Source: Bacteroidales bacterium
Lineage (GTDB): Bacteria > Bacteroidota > Bacteroidia > Bacteroidales > TTA-H9
Assembly (NCBI GenBank): GCA_030656615.1
Contig: JAUSOY010000007.1
Coordinates: forward strand, 27,814-91,813
Direction of reading: 5' to 3'
DNA: 64,000 nucleotides
Shown piece by piece: positions 9,150 through 18,224 of this stretch. The position numbers and the translations under genes are program-made. The number at the start of each line of letters is the position of its first letter. Position 1 is the first letter of the stretch. Below the pieces are notes generated by a model, which was given only the letters and a program-made list of their open reading frames with translations, did not search any database and was not told the DNA's origin.

Positions 9150-9398
9150 ATGGAAAATAAAACCGAAATAGTTATTTGTCTTGGTAGCAGTTGTTTTTCG
9201 CGCGGAAACAAAACTACTGTCCGTTTAATCGATAACTGGCTAAAAGAAAACCGTTTACGCGATAAAGTGTATTATCATGGCAATCATTGTTTCGCCAATT
9301 GCGATAAAGGTCCTGTACTTAAAATAGACGATACCATTCATCATCATGTGGATGCCGAAAAAGCCATTCAAATTCTTAAAGACTACTTCGGATTATAG
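9150..9398 (+). CDS. Small thioredoxin-like 2Fe-2S protein (HfsA-like)
   Basis: ICLGSSCFSRGN and HCFANCDKGP. First gene of an hfsABC-like arrangement. The ATG at 9150 is preferred over the TTG at 9117. Confidence 0.85.
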   Translation: MENKTEIVICLGSSCFSRGNKTTVRLIDNWLKENRLRDKVYYHGNHCFANCDKGPVLKIDDTIHHHVDAEKAIQILKDYFGL

Positions 9399-9410
9399 AA
9401 AATAATAAAC

Positions 9411-11300
9411 ATGCAAGTAATAGAATTCGATAAAGAGAAATGTAAACTTTGTTATGCCTGTGTCAGGGTTTGTCCTACCAAGGCTATAGCCGTAAAGACC
9501 AATGAGGAATATCCTCAGGTGCTTCATAACCGCTGCATAGGATGTGGGAGCTGTTTATCGGTATGTTCGCCCGAAGCTCTCACTTTCATTGATTCTACCC
9601 TGGAAGTACAAAACCTGCTCAAAAGTGGTGTTGATACCATTGCTATCGTGGCTCCAAGTATTTCAGGGGAATTTCCCGACATCACTGATTACCGGAAATT
9701 CGTGAGCATGATACGCGCTCTGGGATTTAAATATGTTAATGAAGTTTCTTTCGGTGCCGATTTAGTAGCTGCGCAGTATAAAGATTTAATGAGCGATTTC
9801 AAGGGGAAATATTACCTCAGCTCGCTATGCCCGTCGCTTACGGCCTATATTCAATCATTTTACCCAGAACTTACCGAAAATCTTACCCCCATTGTTAACC
9901 CCATGGTAGCCACTGCCAAAGTGGTGCGAAAAAAATACGGAGATCACATAAACGTTGTATATATATGCCCCTGCGTTTCCGCCAAAGATGAGGCGCGCCT
10001 GCATACCGGTGATGGAAGAGTAGAAGCCGTCCTGACATTTACAGAACTTCGAAAAATGTTTGAGGCAGCCGGAATCACAGAACATAATCGCGAATATTCC
10101 GAGTTTGATGGTCCAATCGGTCATCTCGGTTCGCTCTTTCCCATTTCCAACGGTCTTCTTCAAGCGGTCGATCTGGACGAAAGTTTGCTAAATGGAGAAA
10201 TCATCACGATAGAAGGAAAAGAAAACTTTCTGGATGCCATCAAGCAGTTCAGCAAATATACCGAGCGCATTCGCCGGCATTTTAATATCTTTTACTGCGA
10301 TGGCTGCATGATGGGTCCCGGAACCTCTTCGGGTGGCGAAAAATACCTTCGCCGGACACTCGTTACAGAATATGCCAATAAACGGCTTAAAGCTTTCACT
10401 CCCGAAGAATTCGAACGTTCGATGACTGAGTATACGGGGATAGAACTCTCATGCAGTTTCAAACCCAACGATCAACGCATTGCCATGCCACCGGCCGAAA
10501 AGATTGAAGAAATCCTAAAAGTTATCGGTAAACATGGCAGCAATCCTTACCTCGGGTGTGGAGCCTGCGGCTATGAATCATGTCACGAATTTGCTATTGC
10601 TGTAGCTAAAGGTCTTGCAAAGCCAGAAATGTGCCTCACGTATAACCTTCGCAATCAGATAGAATATATACGCACACTCAAGGGCACCAACGAAAAACTG
10701 GCAAAAACGGAATCGGCACTTAAAAACTCCGAAAAAACGGCGAGACGCGAACAGCAAGCCTCTCAGGATGCCAACGAAATCATCACCGCCATGCTTCAGA
10801 AACTACCCTCTGGCGTGGTAATCGTTGATGAACATCTTAAAATTATTCAGGCTAACAAAACTTTTGTAGAAATATTGGGTGAAGATGCCCGTATGATTGA
10901 TGAAGTAATTCCAGGATTGGCCAGTGCCGACCTAAAATCCCTCCTCCCCTATACCTTTTACAATCTGTTTTCATACGTCCTTAAAAATAATGAAAGTATT
11001 ACCAATAAAGACACCAAATACCACGAATCTCTGCTAAACGTATCAATTTTCCCAATAAGACACGGGAAAATTGTCGGGGCGGTCATTCGCGATATGTATG
11101 TACCTGAAGTACGCAAAGAACAAATTCTGTCACGCATCAACGAAGCAATTCATGAAAACCTGAGTATGGTTCAGCAGATTGGCTTCCTTTTAGGCGAAGG
11201 TGCTTCCAAAACTGAACGCATGCTAAACTCCATTATACAAAGTTACCGCCTCGACGAACACAATAAAGATCAGCACAGACTTACTGAAGACGAATCATGA
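9411..11300 (+). CDS. PAS-domain [FeFe]-hydrogenase-like sensor (HfsB/HydS-like, group C)
   Basis: Two 4Fe-4S motifs, H-domain remnants SSLCPS, CPCVSAKDE and YCDGCMMGPG, FeS motif CGACGYESC...MC, a coiled coil, PAS (LPSGVVIVDEHLKIIQAN) and the HfsB-type tail VQQIGFLLGEGASKTE. Confidence 0.87.
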   Translation: MQVIEFDKEKCKLCYACVRVCPTKAIAVKTNEEYPQVLHNRCIGCGSCLSVCSPEALTFIDSTLEVQNLLKSGVDTIAIVAPSISGEFPDITDYRKFVSMIRALGFKYVNEVSFGADLVAAQYKDLMSDFKGKYYLSSLCPSLTAYIQSFYPELTENLTPIVNPMVATAKVVRKKYGDHINVVYICPCVSAKDEARLHTGDGRVEAVLTFTELRKMFEAAGITEHNREYSEFDGPIGHLGSLFPISNGLLQAVDLDESLLNGEIITIEGKENFLDAIKQFSKYTERIRRHFNIFYCDGCMMGPGTSSGGEKYLRRTLVTEYANKRLKAFTPEEFERSMTEYTGIELSCSFKPNDQRIAMPPAEKIEEILKVIGKHGSNPYLGCGACGYESCHEFAIAVAKGLAKPEMCLTYNLRNQIEYIRTLKGTNEKLAKTESALKNSEKTARREQQASQDANEIITAMLQKLPSGVVIVDEHLKIIQANKTFVEILGEDARMIDEVIPGLASADLKSLLPYTFYNLFSYVLKNNESITNKDTKYHESLLNVSIFPIRHGKIVGAVIRDMYVPEVRKEQILSRINEAIHENLSMVQQIGFLLGEGASKTERMLNSIIQSYRLDEHNKDQHRLTEDES

Positions 11301-12481
11301 GCAGCAGAATTCACATTGAAGTTAATTGTCAGCAAATAAATCATGGCGTCGAAAAAATTTGCGGCGATGTATTTGTTTCGAAGCGCATCAAGGAAGAAGG
11401 ACGTATTATCATGGTGCTTTCTGATGGAATGGGACATGGTATAAAGGCCAATATACTTGCAACCCTAACTGCTACCATGGCATGCAACTTTACTCAGGAA
11501 CATAAAGATGTCAGAGTAATTGCCGAAATCATCATGAATACACTCCCTGTTTGCAGCGAGCGTAAAATATCCTACTCCACATTTACCATTGTAGACATTA
11601 ATGGCGATGGGGAAACCAATATTCTCGAATATGATAATCCGCAATGTGTAATCATGCGTGGAAAGCAGGTATTTGACCCGGGTTGGACACAAATTATAAT
11701 GGAAAGTGAAGCCAATAAAGGAAAAGAATTACGGACCTGCCAGTTTTTTCCAAAAAAGGAAGACCGTTTGATATTTTTTACTGATGGTGTGGCTCAGTCA
11801 GGAATGGGATCTGTAAAATACCCTTTTGGATGGGAAAGAGATTTAGTTCAGGATTTTTGTGTAAATCTGGTAGAAAACGAAAATGCGATTGCAGCCTCAC
11901 GTCTGGCCGCCAAGGTTGTTAATTTTGCCCATATAAACGACGGCTACCGTAGTAAAGACGACACCAGCTGTACCGTGGTTTATTTCCGTGAACCTCGTAA
12001 AATGTTATTATGCACAGGCCCTCCCTATGAAGAAAGCCGCGACGCAGAATATGCCGCCGAAGTTGCTGAATTCAAAGGAAAAATTGTTTTATCGGGTGCT
12101 ACTACTTCTGATATTGTAGCTCGTGAACTTAAAAGAGAAATTACTGATAGCTTTGATTTTGATGATCCCGAGCTTCCTCCGATCAGCTATATGGATGGTG
12201 TTGAATTCATTACCGAAGGCATACTCACCCTTACCAAAGCCACCGAAATACTTCGCGACTATTCCAACAATACCCGCCTTGGAAAAGGCCCCGCTGACCG
12301 CATGGTTCGTCTCTTTCTTGAATGCGACGAAATTCATTTCATCATTGGCACCCGAATCAACATTGCACATCAGGATCCAAATCTGCCGATCGAACTCGAA
12401 ATACGACGCACGGTGGTAAAACGTATTGCCAGGTTGCTCGAAGACAAATTCCTGAAAGAGGTTAGCTTGAAATTTATTTAG
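11297..12481 (+). CDS. SpoIIE/PP2C-family Ser/Thr phosphatase (HfsC-like)
   Basis: ICGD, LSDGMGHG, FTDGV and KDDTS metal-binding motifs. Overlaps the upstream stop (ATGA). Confidence 0.9.
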   Translation: MSSRIHIEVNCQQINHGVEKICGDVFVSKRIKEEGRIIMVLSDGMGHGIKANILATLTATMACNFTQEHKDVRVIAEIIMNTLPVCSERKISYSTFTIVDINGDGETNILEYDNPQCVIMRGKQVFDPGWTQIIMESEANKGKELRTCQFFPKKEDRLIFFTDGVAQSGMGSVKYPFGWERDLVQDFCVNLVENENAIAASRLAAKVVNFAHINDGYRSKDDTSCTVVYFREPRKMLLCTGPPYEESRDAEYAAEVAEFKGKIVLSGATTSDIVARELKREITDSFDFDDPELPPISYMDGVEFITEGILTLTKATEILRDYSNNTRLGKGPADRMVRLFLECDEIHFIIGTRINIAHQDPNLPIELEIRRTVVKRIARLLEDKFLKEVSLKFI

Positions 12482-12531
12482 AATATATTCCGGGGTTTCT
12501 TTATAAATAATATCACATTGACCAGTATTGG

Positions 12532-13158
12532 TCAAATCACACCAATAAAAACGAAGCCATCTTTGATCAAAATGATGGCAAAAACAATCAGGACAATTCC
12601 CAAAAATCTCATCAGATACATATATGCCGTATTGCTGAAAATATTTTTAGTTTTTTCGGAAATGATGGCCATCAGCATTTTTGAACCGGTAATGAATATA
12701 TAAAACCCTAAAACAAATAAAACAGCAGCCAACAAATTTAATTTCAGGGCTTTTAAAGTTATTGGTGCACCCACCAACATCCAGAACAGATAGGCATGTG
12801 GGCTAAGTATGTTCGCCAGAATTCCCTTTCTGAAAGAATGAATCGATGAGTTTTCTGTAGAAATTTCGGCGGGTTTTATATTTATTGTCTCGTATGCCAT
12901 ATATAATAAAAACACAGCACCCGCCAATGATATCATACCCAATACGATTCCAAAATCAGACATTTTAGCTAAAATAAGCAGCGACAGAGCCACAATTGGC
13001 AAATCGGAAAACAAAGGAGCAAGCGCAATTTTCATCCCCTCCTTGCGATTATATTTCATGGTTTCTGAGATAACCATGGTTAACAAGGGACCAGGAGTAA
13101 TACCAGCTATTAATCCGAGAGTTGCTCCGGTGATAAAAAATTCTAAGGTTTCAATCAT
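12532..13158 (-). CDS. LysE/RhtB-family translocator
   Basis: TPGP motif, NILSPH motif and about six hydrophobic segments. Confidence 0.88.
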   Translation of the reverse strand: MIETLEFFITGATLGLIAGITPGPLLTMVISETMKYNRKEGMKIALAPLFSDLPIVALSLLILAKMSDFGIVLGMISLAGAVFLLYMAYETINIKPAEISTENSSIHSFRKGILANILSPHAYLFWMLVGAPITLKALKLNLLAAVLFVLGFYIFITGSKMLMAIISEKTKNIFSNTAYMYLMRFLGIVLIVFAIILIKDGFVFIGVI

Positions 13159-13318
13159 TAATTCAATTTTCTCGAAATTCTCAGGTCACTCATTTTACTG
13201 ACACACTATAAATCTATCATAAACCCAATGATTTTTTCAATTTATGAATAGTTGAATTTTGCAGAAAACCCTTTTGTTATTCGAGCTTCCATTCCAGAAT
13301 ACCACCAGAAAATCCATT

Positions 13319-15709
13319 CTAAAGTTCGATCTCCAGTTTAATTGATTTAGTTTTTACAGGCGCAATTTCTATCGTATTCATTCCATCTTTAAAAACAGGA
13401 TACTGACCATTCTTTTTTACTTCATTCCATTTCCCATTTTCCAGATACCATGCTTTCCAGTTTTTCGGAATCCTGCAGCCCCCATCCGGACCGTCATCAA
13501 ACCAGTAGACATGAATGTATGAAATTTCCATCGCATCCTTAAAATCGTACCGCACCCATTCTTTGCTTCCTTTATGGTTCCAAAAAGTAAAACGAGGGAT
13601 TTCCTGATCATTCGATTTTTTGGGAATGCGCTGATCATTCAAAGCCAAAATCTGGTCGTAGACGTAGGATGCACTGGGGCTGCTTTCAGAAGCTATGGTG
13701 GGTGGTGGTAATGCACGAGCAGCTTTTTCGTCATAAGGAAACCAAACCATCATTTCGCCATTTCCACGATGTGCCCAAGCATAATAAGGAATTAGATTTA
13801 GCTTTTGTTCTTTCTTAATGACATTCGATTTGGAATCCATAGAAACGGAATAAGCATTAGAATGCATTGTATGAATCCCGTGCAATAAAGTCGGTTGATT
13901 TAATAATTCAAAATCGAGTTCCTTATCAATTAGAAAATTTCTGACTTTGCCTCCATTATCGATTCCCTCGGCGCAATATACTAAAGGGCCACGACTAAAG
14001 GCCATTTTATCCATATCGTCTTCTATCATTTTATGAGCAACAATTTTCCGAACTGGCATAGGCAATTTCAATTGAATTTTATCACCCGGCAACCATTCCT
14101 TTACAATTACAGCGTAGCCATGGTAGATAACTGTCTCAACCAATTCGCCATTGATCTTTAATAAGATTTTCTCCTCCGGTTCGTTTTGAAAACGGTACAA
14201 ATCACCCGGAAAAGGCTGATCCCCCGCCCATGAAGGAATTCTTAGCATGACTGTAAAAGACTTCTGAACTTCAGGGTTTAATTCAATATCGATTGTTCCA
14301 TCCCATGGATAATTCGTAGACTGAATAATATTAAGTTTGCCGAAGTCCATATTAATTTCAGCACGATTTCCGATATACAGATTTACGAATAACTGATTCT
14401 CTTTCTGTGCATAAATATATCCGGGCAGGGAAGGAAGAAAACGGGCCACATTTGTAGGACAGCAGGAGCAATCAAACCAGGGCGAGCGTTGATGGCTGCC
14501 ATCCGACTCCAATGGATTTGGATAGAAAAAGCGATCGCCATCCAAACTTACTCCCGAAAGAAACCCGTTGTACAGGGTACGTTCTAAAACATCAATGTAT
14601 TTAGCGTCACCGCTTAAAAGAAACATCCGCTGATTCCAAAAAATATTCGCAATGGCTGCACAGGTTTCGTTATATGCCGAAAGATTCGGAAGAAAATAAT
14701 CCGGACCGAAGGCTTCTCCTGAATGCATGGCACCAATTCCACCAGTGATGTATAGTTTTTTATCAACAACATTCTCCCAAATTATTTCCACAGCATTTTT
14801 ATAGGCAACGTCACCTGTAAGAGCAGCTATATCGGCCATTCCGGTATACATATATGCTGCTCTGACGGCATGTCCTTCGGCAGTGCATTGATTCACTACC
14901 GGCATATGATCCTGTGTGTAGGTCAAATTGCTTCCATCAGCGCCATAGGTATAAAGAGTACGGATTTTCGCATTGCCTCTTTGATCCAGAAAATATTTCG
15001 CCATATCAAGATACTTTCGTTTACCTGTAACTCTATACAATTTCACGAGGCCAATTTCAATTTCCTGATGTCCGGGAACGTCATGCAATTGATCCTTGTT
15101 CGGACCAAAAACCCTGCAGACCAGATCAGCACTTTTGAGCGCCACTTCAAGGAGATTTCTTTTTCCTGTGGCTTCGTAATATGCCACAGCAGCCTCATAC
15201 ATATGTCCAATATTATATAATTCGTGCGACTGTTTCAAAAGCGACCACCGCTTCTCGCCCGCATTGGATATAACTGTATCCGGATTAATGGTTCTGGCGG
15301 TATAGAGATATCCGTCATCTTCCTGAGCTGCCGCCACAAGGCCAATCAAACGATCCATGTATGTTTCGAGTTGTTCATCCGGGAAAGTACTGAGTGAATA
15401 GGCCGCTCCTTCCATCACTTTAAAAACATCCGAATCATTGTATCGTATTCCTTTAAACGAGCCTTTTTTAACCCCACCAGCAATCGAAAAATTATCGATC
15501 CGATTCGTTTCCTCACACTTTTTAAAATCATAAGGTATGGTGACTTTCCTGTTGGTTTCCAGGCGTGGAAGCCAAAAATGATCAGTAAGTCTGACGTTTT
15601 TAAAGGATACCGGTTTAACCGGATAATCGGATGATAAGGGCGATTCGGATTTACGGCTGCAAGAACCGGAAAGTAAAATTATCGATAAAAACAACAGGAC
15701 TTTTTTCAT
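13319..15709 (-). CDS. GH127 beta-L-arabinofuranosidase-like lipoprotein; probably truncated by an amber codon 14 codons before the natural end at 13277
   Basis: DSDVFK, SHELY, GHQEIE, GHAVR, YNETCAAIA and CSCCP motifs. Lipobox-like MKKVLLFLSIILLSGSC from the ATG at 15709. C-terminal discoidin-like beta domain. Confidence 0.88.
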   Translation of the reverse strand: MKKVLLFLSIILLSGSCSRKSESPLSSDYPVKPVSFKNVRLTDHFWLPRLETNRKVTIPYDFKKCEETNRIDNFSIAGGVKKGSFKGIRYNDSDVFKVMEGAAYSLSTFPDEQLETYMDRLIGLVAAAQEDDGYLYTARTINPDTVISNAGEKRWSLLKQSHELYNIGHMYEAAVAYYEATGKRNLLEVALKSADLVCRVFGPNKDQLHDVPGHQEIEIGLVKLYRVTGKRKYLDMAKYFLDQRGNAKIRTLYTYGADGSNLTYTQDHMPVVNQCTAEGHAVRAAYMYTGMADIAALTGDVAYKNAVEIIWENVVDKKLYITGGIGAMHSGEAFGPDYFLPNLSAYNETCAAIANIFWNQRMFLLSGDAKYIDVLERTLYNGFLSGVSLDGDRFFYPNPLESDGSHQRSPWFDCSCCPTNVARFLPSLPGYIYAQKENQLFVNLYIGNRAEINMDFGKLNIIQSTNYPWDGTIDIELNPEVQKSFTVMLRIPSWAGDQPFPGDLYRFQNEPEEKILLKINGELVETVIYHGYAVIVKEWLPGDKIQLKLPMPVRKIVAHKMIEDDMDKMAFSRGPLVYCAEGIDNGGKVRNFLIDKELDFELLNQPTLLHGIHTMHSNAYSVSMDSKSNVIKKEQKLNLIPYYAWAHRGNGEMMVWFPYDEKAARALPPPTIASESSPSASYVYDQILALNDQRIPKKSNDQEIPRFTFWNHKGSKEWVRYDFKDAMEISYIHVYWFDDGPDGGCRIPKNWKAWYLENGKWNEVKKNGQYPVFKDGMNTIEIAPVKTKSIKLEIEL

Positions 15710-16222
15710 GCAATTACTTCGATTTGTTGATGGGTCCATGGTTTTAGAGAAAATATCGGATCTACACCGCTGTAAAATCACATTTTCAAAGATATACATC
15801 CTGGGAATCATTTCCGATAAAAATGAAAAATTCCTTGTCAGGCAAATTTGGGATAACCTACAACATCCTGTTGGTTGTTGGGAGAAATTGCATCGATCAC
15901 TAAAAACAAAAGCTCAATATTATCATATAATCCAAAAAATTTAATGTTTGAGGTAAAAACGAATCCAACATTTGGCCAATTTATTTAAACCCAATACTTT
16001 TACTTTACACATCTCTAGCATTTGTAAAATTCTCATGCACGGAGAGCCGGAAACAAGCTTAGCCTCCATCCGACTTTACAAAAGTTAAAAACAATAGGAC
16101 GAGTGGTTTAATCCACTTTAAAAACTCCTTACATACAATATCAGGAGACTAAATATGGTACGAAAACCTTTATACTAAAATATTACCGATTAAAAATTAC
16201 TGAACAATAAATCAATCTAGAA

Positions 16223-16642
16223 ATGGTAGAATTCACGCTCTCCACCGACAAAAGCAAAATCGATATAGAAGTAATTCATGATTTTCTTACCAACCGATCA
16301 TATTGGGCAAAAAACAGAAGTATAGAAACTGTAAAACGCTCAGTGGAAAACTCCCTTTGTTTTGGCATGTATGATTCAGAAGAAAAAATGATAGGCTTTG
16401 CCAGGATTGTTACCGATTATTCAGTATTTGCATACATTATGGATGTTTTTATCCTTGAGGATTATCGAAAAATGGGATTAGGGAAAAAACTAATGGATTA
16501 CATAATGCAGCATCCTGATCTGCAAGGTTTGCAAAGGATTATGCTCACCACAAATGATGCTCATGGACTATACGCACAATACGGTTTCAAAAAAACGCTA
16601 ATTGCGGACAAACTCATGGAGATTATAAATCGTCCCCGGTGA
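16223..16642 (+). CDS. GNAT-family N-acetyltransferase
   Basis: GFARIVTD, DVFILEDYRKMGLGKKLM and AHGLYAQYGF. Confidence 0.92.
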   Translation: MVEFTLSTDKSKIDIEVIHDFLTNRSYWAKNRSIETVKRSVENSLCFGMYDSEEKMIGFARIVTDYSVFAYIMDVFILEDYRKMGLGKKLMDYIMQHPDLQGLQRIMLTTNDAHGLYAQYGFKKTLIADKLMEIINRPR

Positions 16643-17151
16643 AATACATCATCCGTTTACATTTTACGAATGGTCTGTATTCCAACTATCAGTTTGTACG
16701 AATATTCTTTGAATTCAATCAACAACTATAAATTACAGCTTCAAAAATCACAGAATCTCTTTGGTAAAATTCTTATATAGTGCTCTTTTTATGATATTTA
16801 CGTATCCTTTAAAAAATATTTCACCGAAGTTATTCCGATTTAGAATATTTGTAATTTTATTGTCACAACAAGCATCTGAATCAAAACTTTTTTTAATAGA
16901 AAACCCATTTATCAGATCACCGATTTCAAAAATTGGAGAACCTGAAATCTGTTTTTGTTTTAAGGTATTGAATCAAATAAGAACGATAAAACTAAAATCG
17001 TTCTAGATAACTTATAAACTATTTTTAAACACATAAAACGCAATTGGACATTCATTTGAATCATAAGCCTTAGCCTCATTAATAAATGACAAATACCAAA
17101 AGACAAGCTCCTAATTAATCAAAATTTCATTTACCATTAAAACTCACTCAC

Positions 17152-17967
17152 ATGAAAAAAAATGTAACAGTTATGTTTGGTATCATTGGGTTGTATTTAT
17201 TCACCCTGATGATCAGCAGTTGTAATAAGGGCCCTGTAGAAATTACCGATCAAATTAAAGATGCGAATAAGGTATTTATGGATGCTGTTAGTAATGCCGA
17301 TACAAATACCTTAATAGGTCTTTATACTGCTGATGCAAAAATTTTCCCCGCTGAAGGCGCGATCATCGATGGTCAGGCAGCCATTGGAAAATTCTGGGTA
17401 GCAACCCTTGGAATGGGCATTAAAAAAGTAATGTTTGAAACAGTAATCGCCCAAAAATTTGGTGATATTGCCATAGAAGAGGGTAATTATGCACTCTTTG
17501 TTGAAGGCGATCATATGGTCGATCAAGGCAAGTATATTGTAAACTGGAAATTGGAAAATGGAAAATGGAAGGTATTTCGGGATATCTGGAATGCAAATAC
17601 TCCTCCACCCCGAACAAGAGCATCGGCCAACGATACCGTCCTTGTAGTAATGAATTTTGTAAAGCCGGATAAAGTATCCCAATTCGAGGATTTTAATAAA
17701 AATTACCTGTTACCGGCAGGCATAGAGTTCAATGCACAGGTTACACAAACGGTGCGTATGCAGAAACCAGTCGGTCAGAATAAAGATGGTACCTATACCT
17801 ACGTCTATTTCATGGATCCATTTGTAAGTTCATATAATTATGGAATTTTACATACGTTAAGAGCCAAGTATAGCGAAGAGGCTTCTCAAAAATATATGAA
17901 AATGTACATCGAGTGCCTGAAAGACGGAAACTCGAAGCCTTATCTCTTAATAGAAACCGACTGGTAA
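17152..17967 (+). CDS. Lipoprotein with DUF4440/SnoaL-like (NTF2-fold) domain plus an uncharacterised C-terminal domain
   Basis: Lipobox ISSC, then LYTADA and DQGKYIVNWKLENGKWKVFRDIWN. Confidence 0.7.
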   Translation: MKKNVTVMFGIIGLYLFTLMISSCNKGPVEITDQIKDANKVFMDAVSNADTNTLIGLYTADAKIFPAEGAIIDGQAAIGKFWVATLGMGIKKVMFETVIAQKFGDIAIEEGNYALFVEGDHMVDQGKYIVNWKLENGKWKVFRDIWNANTPPPRTRASANDTVLVVMNFVKPDKVSQFEDFNKNYLLPAGIEFNAQVTQTVRMQKPVGQNKDGTYTYVYFMDPFVSSYNYGILHTLRAKYSEEASQKYMKMYIECLKDGNSKPYLLIETDW

Positions 17968-18224
17968 ATATCAGCTGGACAATATTTTATTTTAATTGAT
18001 TTCCGACTATCCTTCAGATTTTGCCTTTTCACTTCTTTTCTGGAAAGGCAAAATTTTTAGGACTATATCCTGAATTTTACATCAATAAATCGATATGGAA
18101 TCGCTCCGTGACAAATAATCTTGGCATAACACACATGGCTATAGATCTTTTTCATAAAATATTAGTATTTTGGCCATTGATTAATACTTCCGGCAAGTGT
18201 ACTGTGGCAACAAATTCACTATTT

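Noticed and set aside
13319-13321. Genome-wide TAG recoding or pyrrolysine as the explanation for the GH127 amber codon
   Set aside because: Other genes here end naturally at TAG, for example the 2Fe-2S gene (9398), the phosphatase (12481), typA (46374) and tetR (54105). No pyl genes are visible.
16761-17006. 81-aa ORF in an AT-rich spacer
   Set aside because: TTG start, Phe/Ile/Lys-biased composition and no motif; likely spurious.
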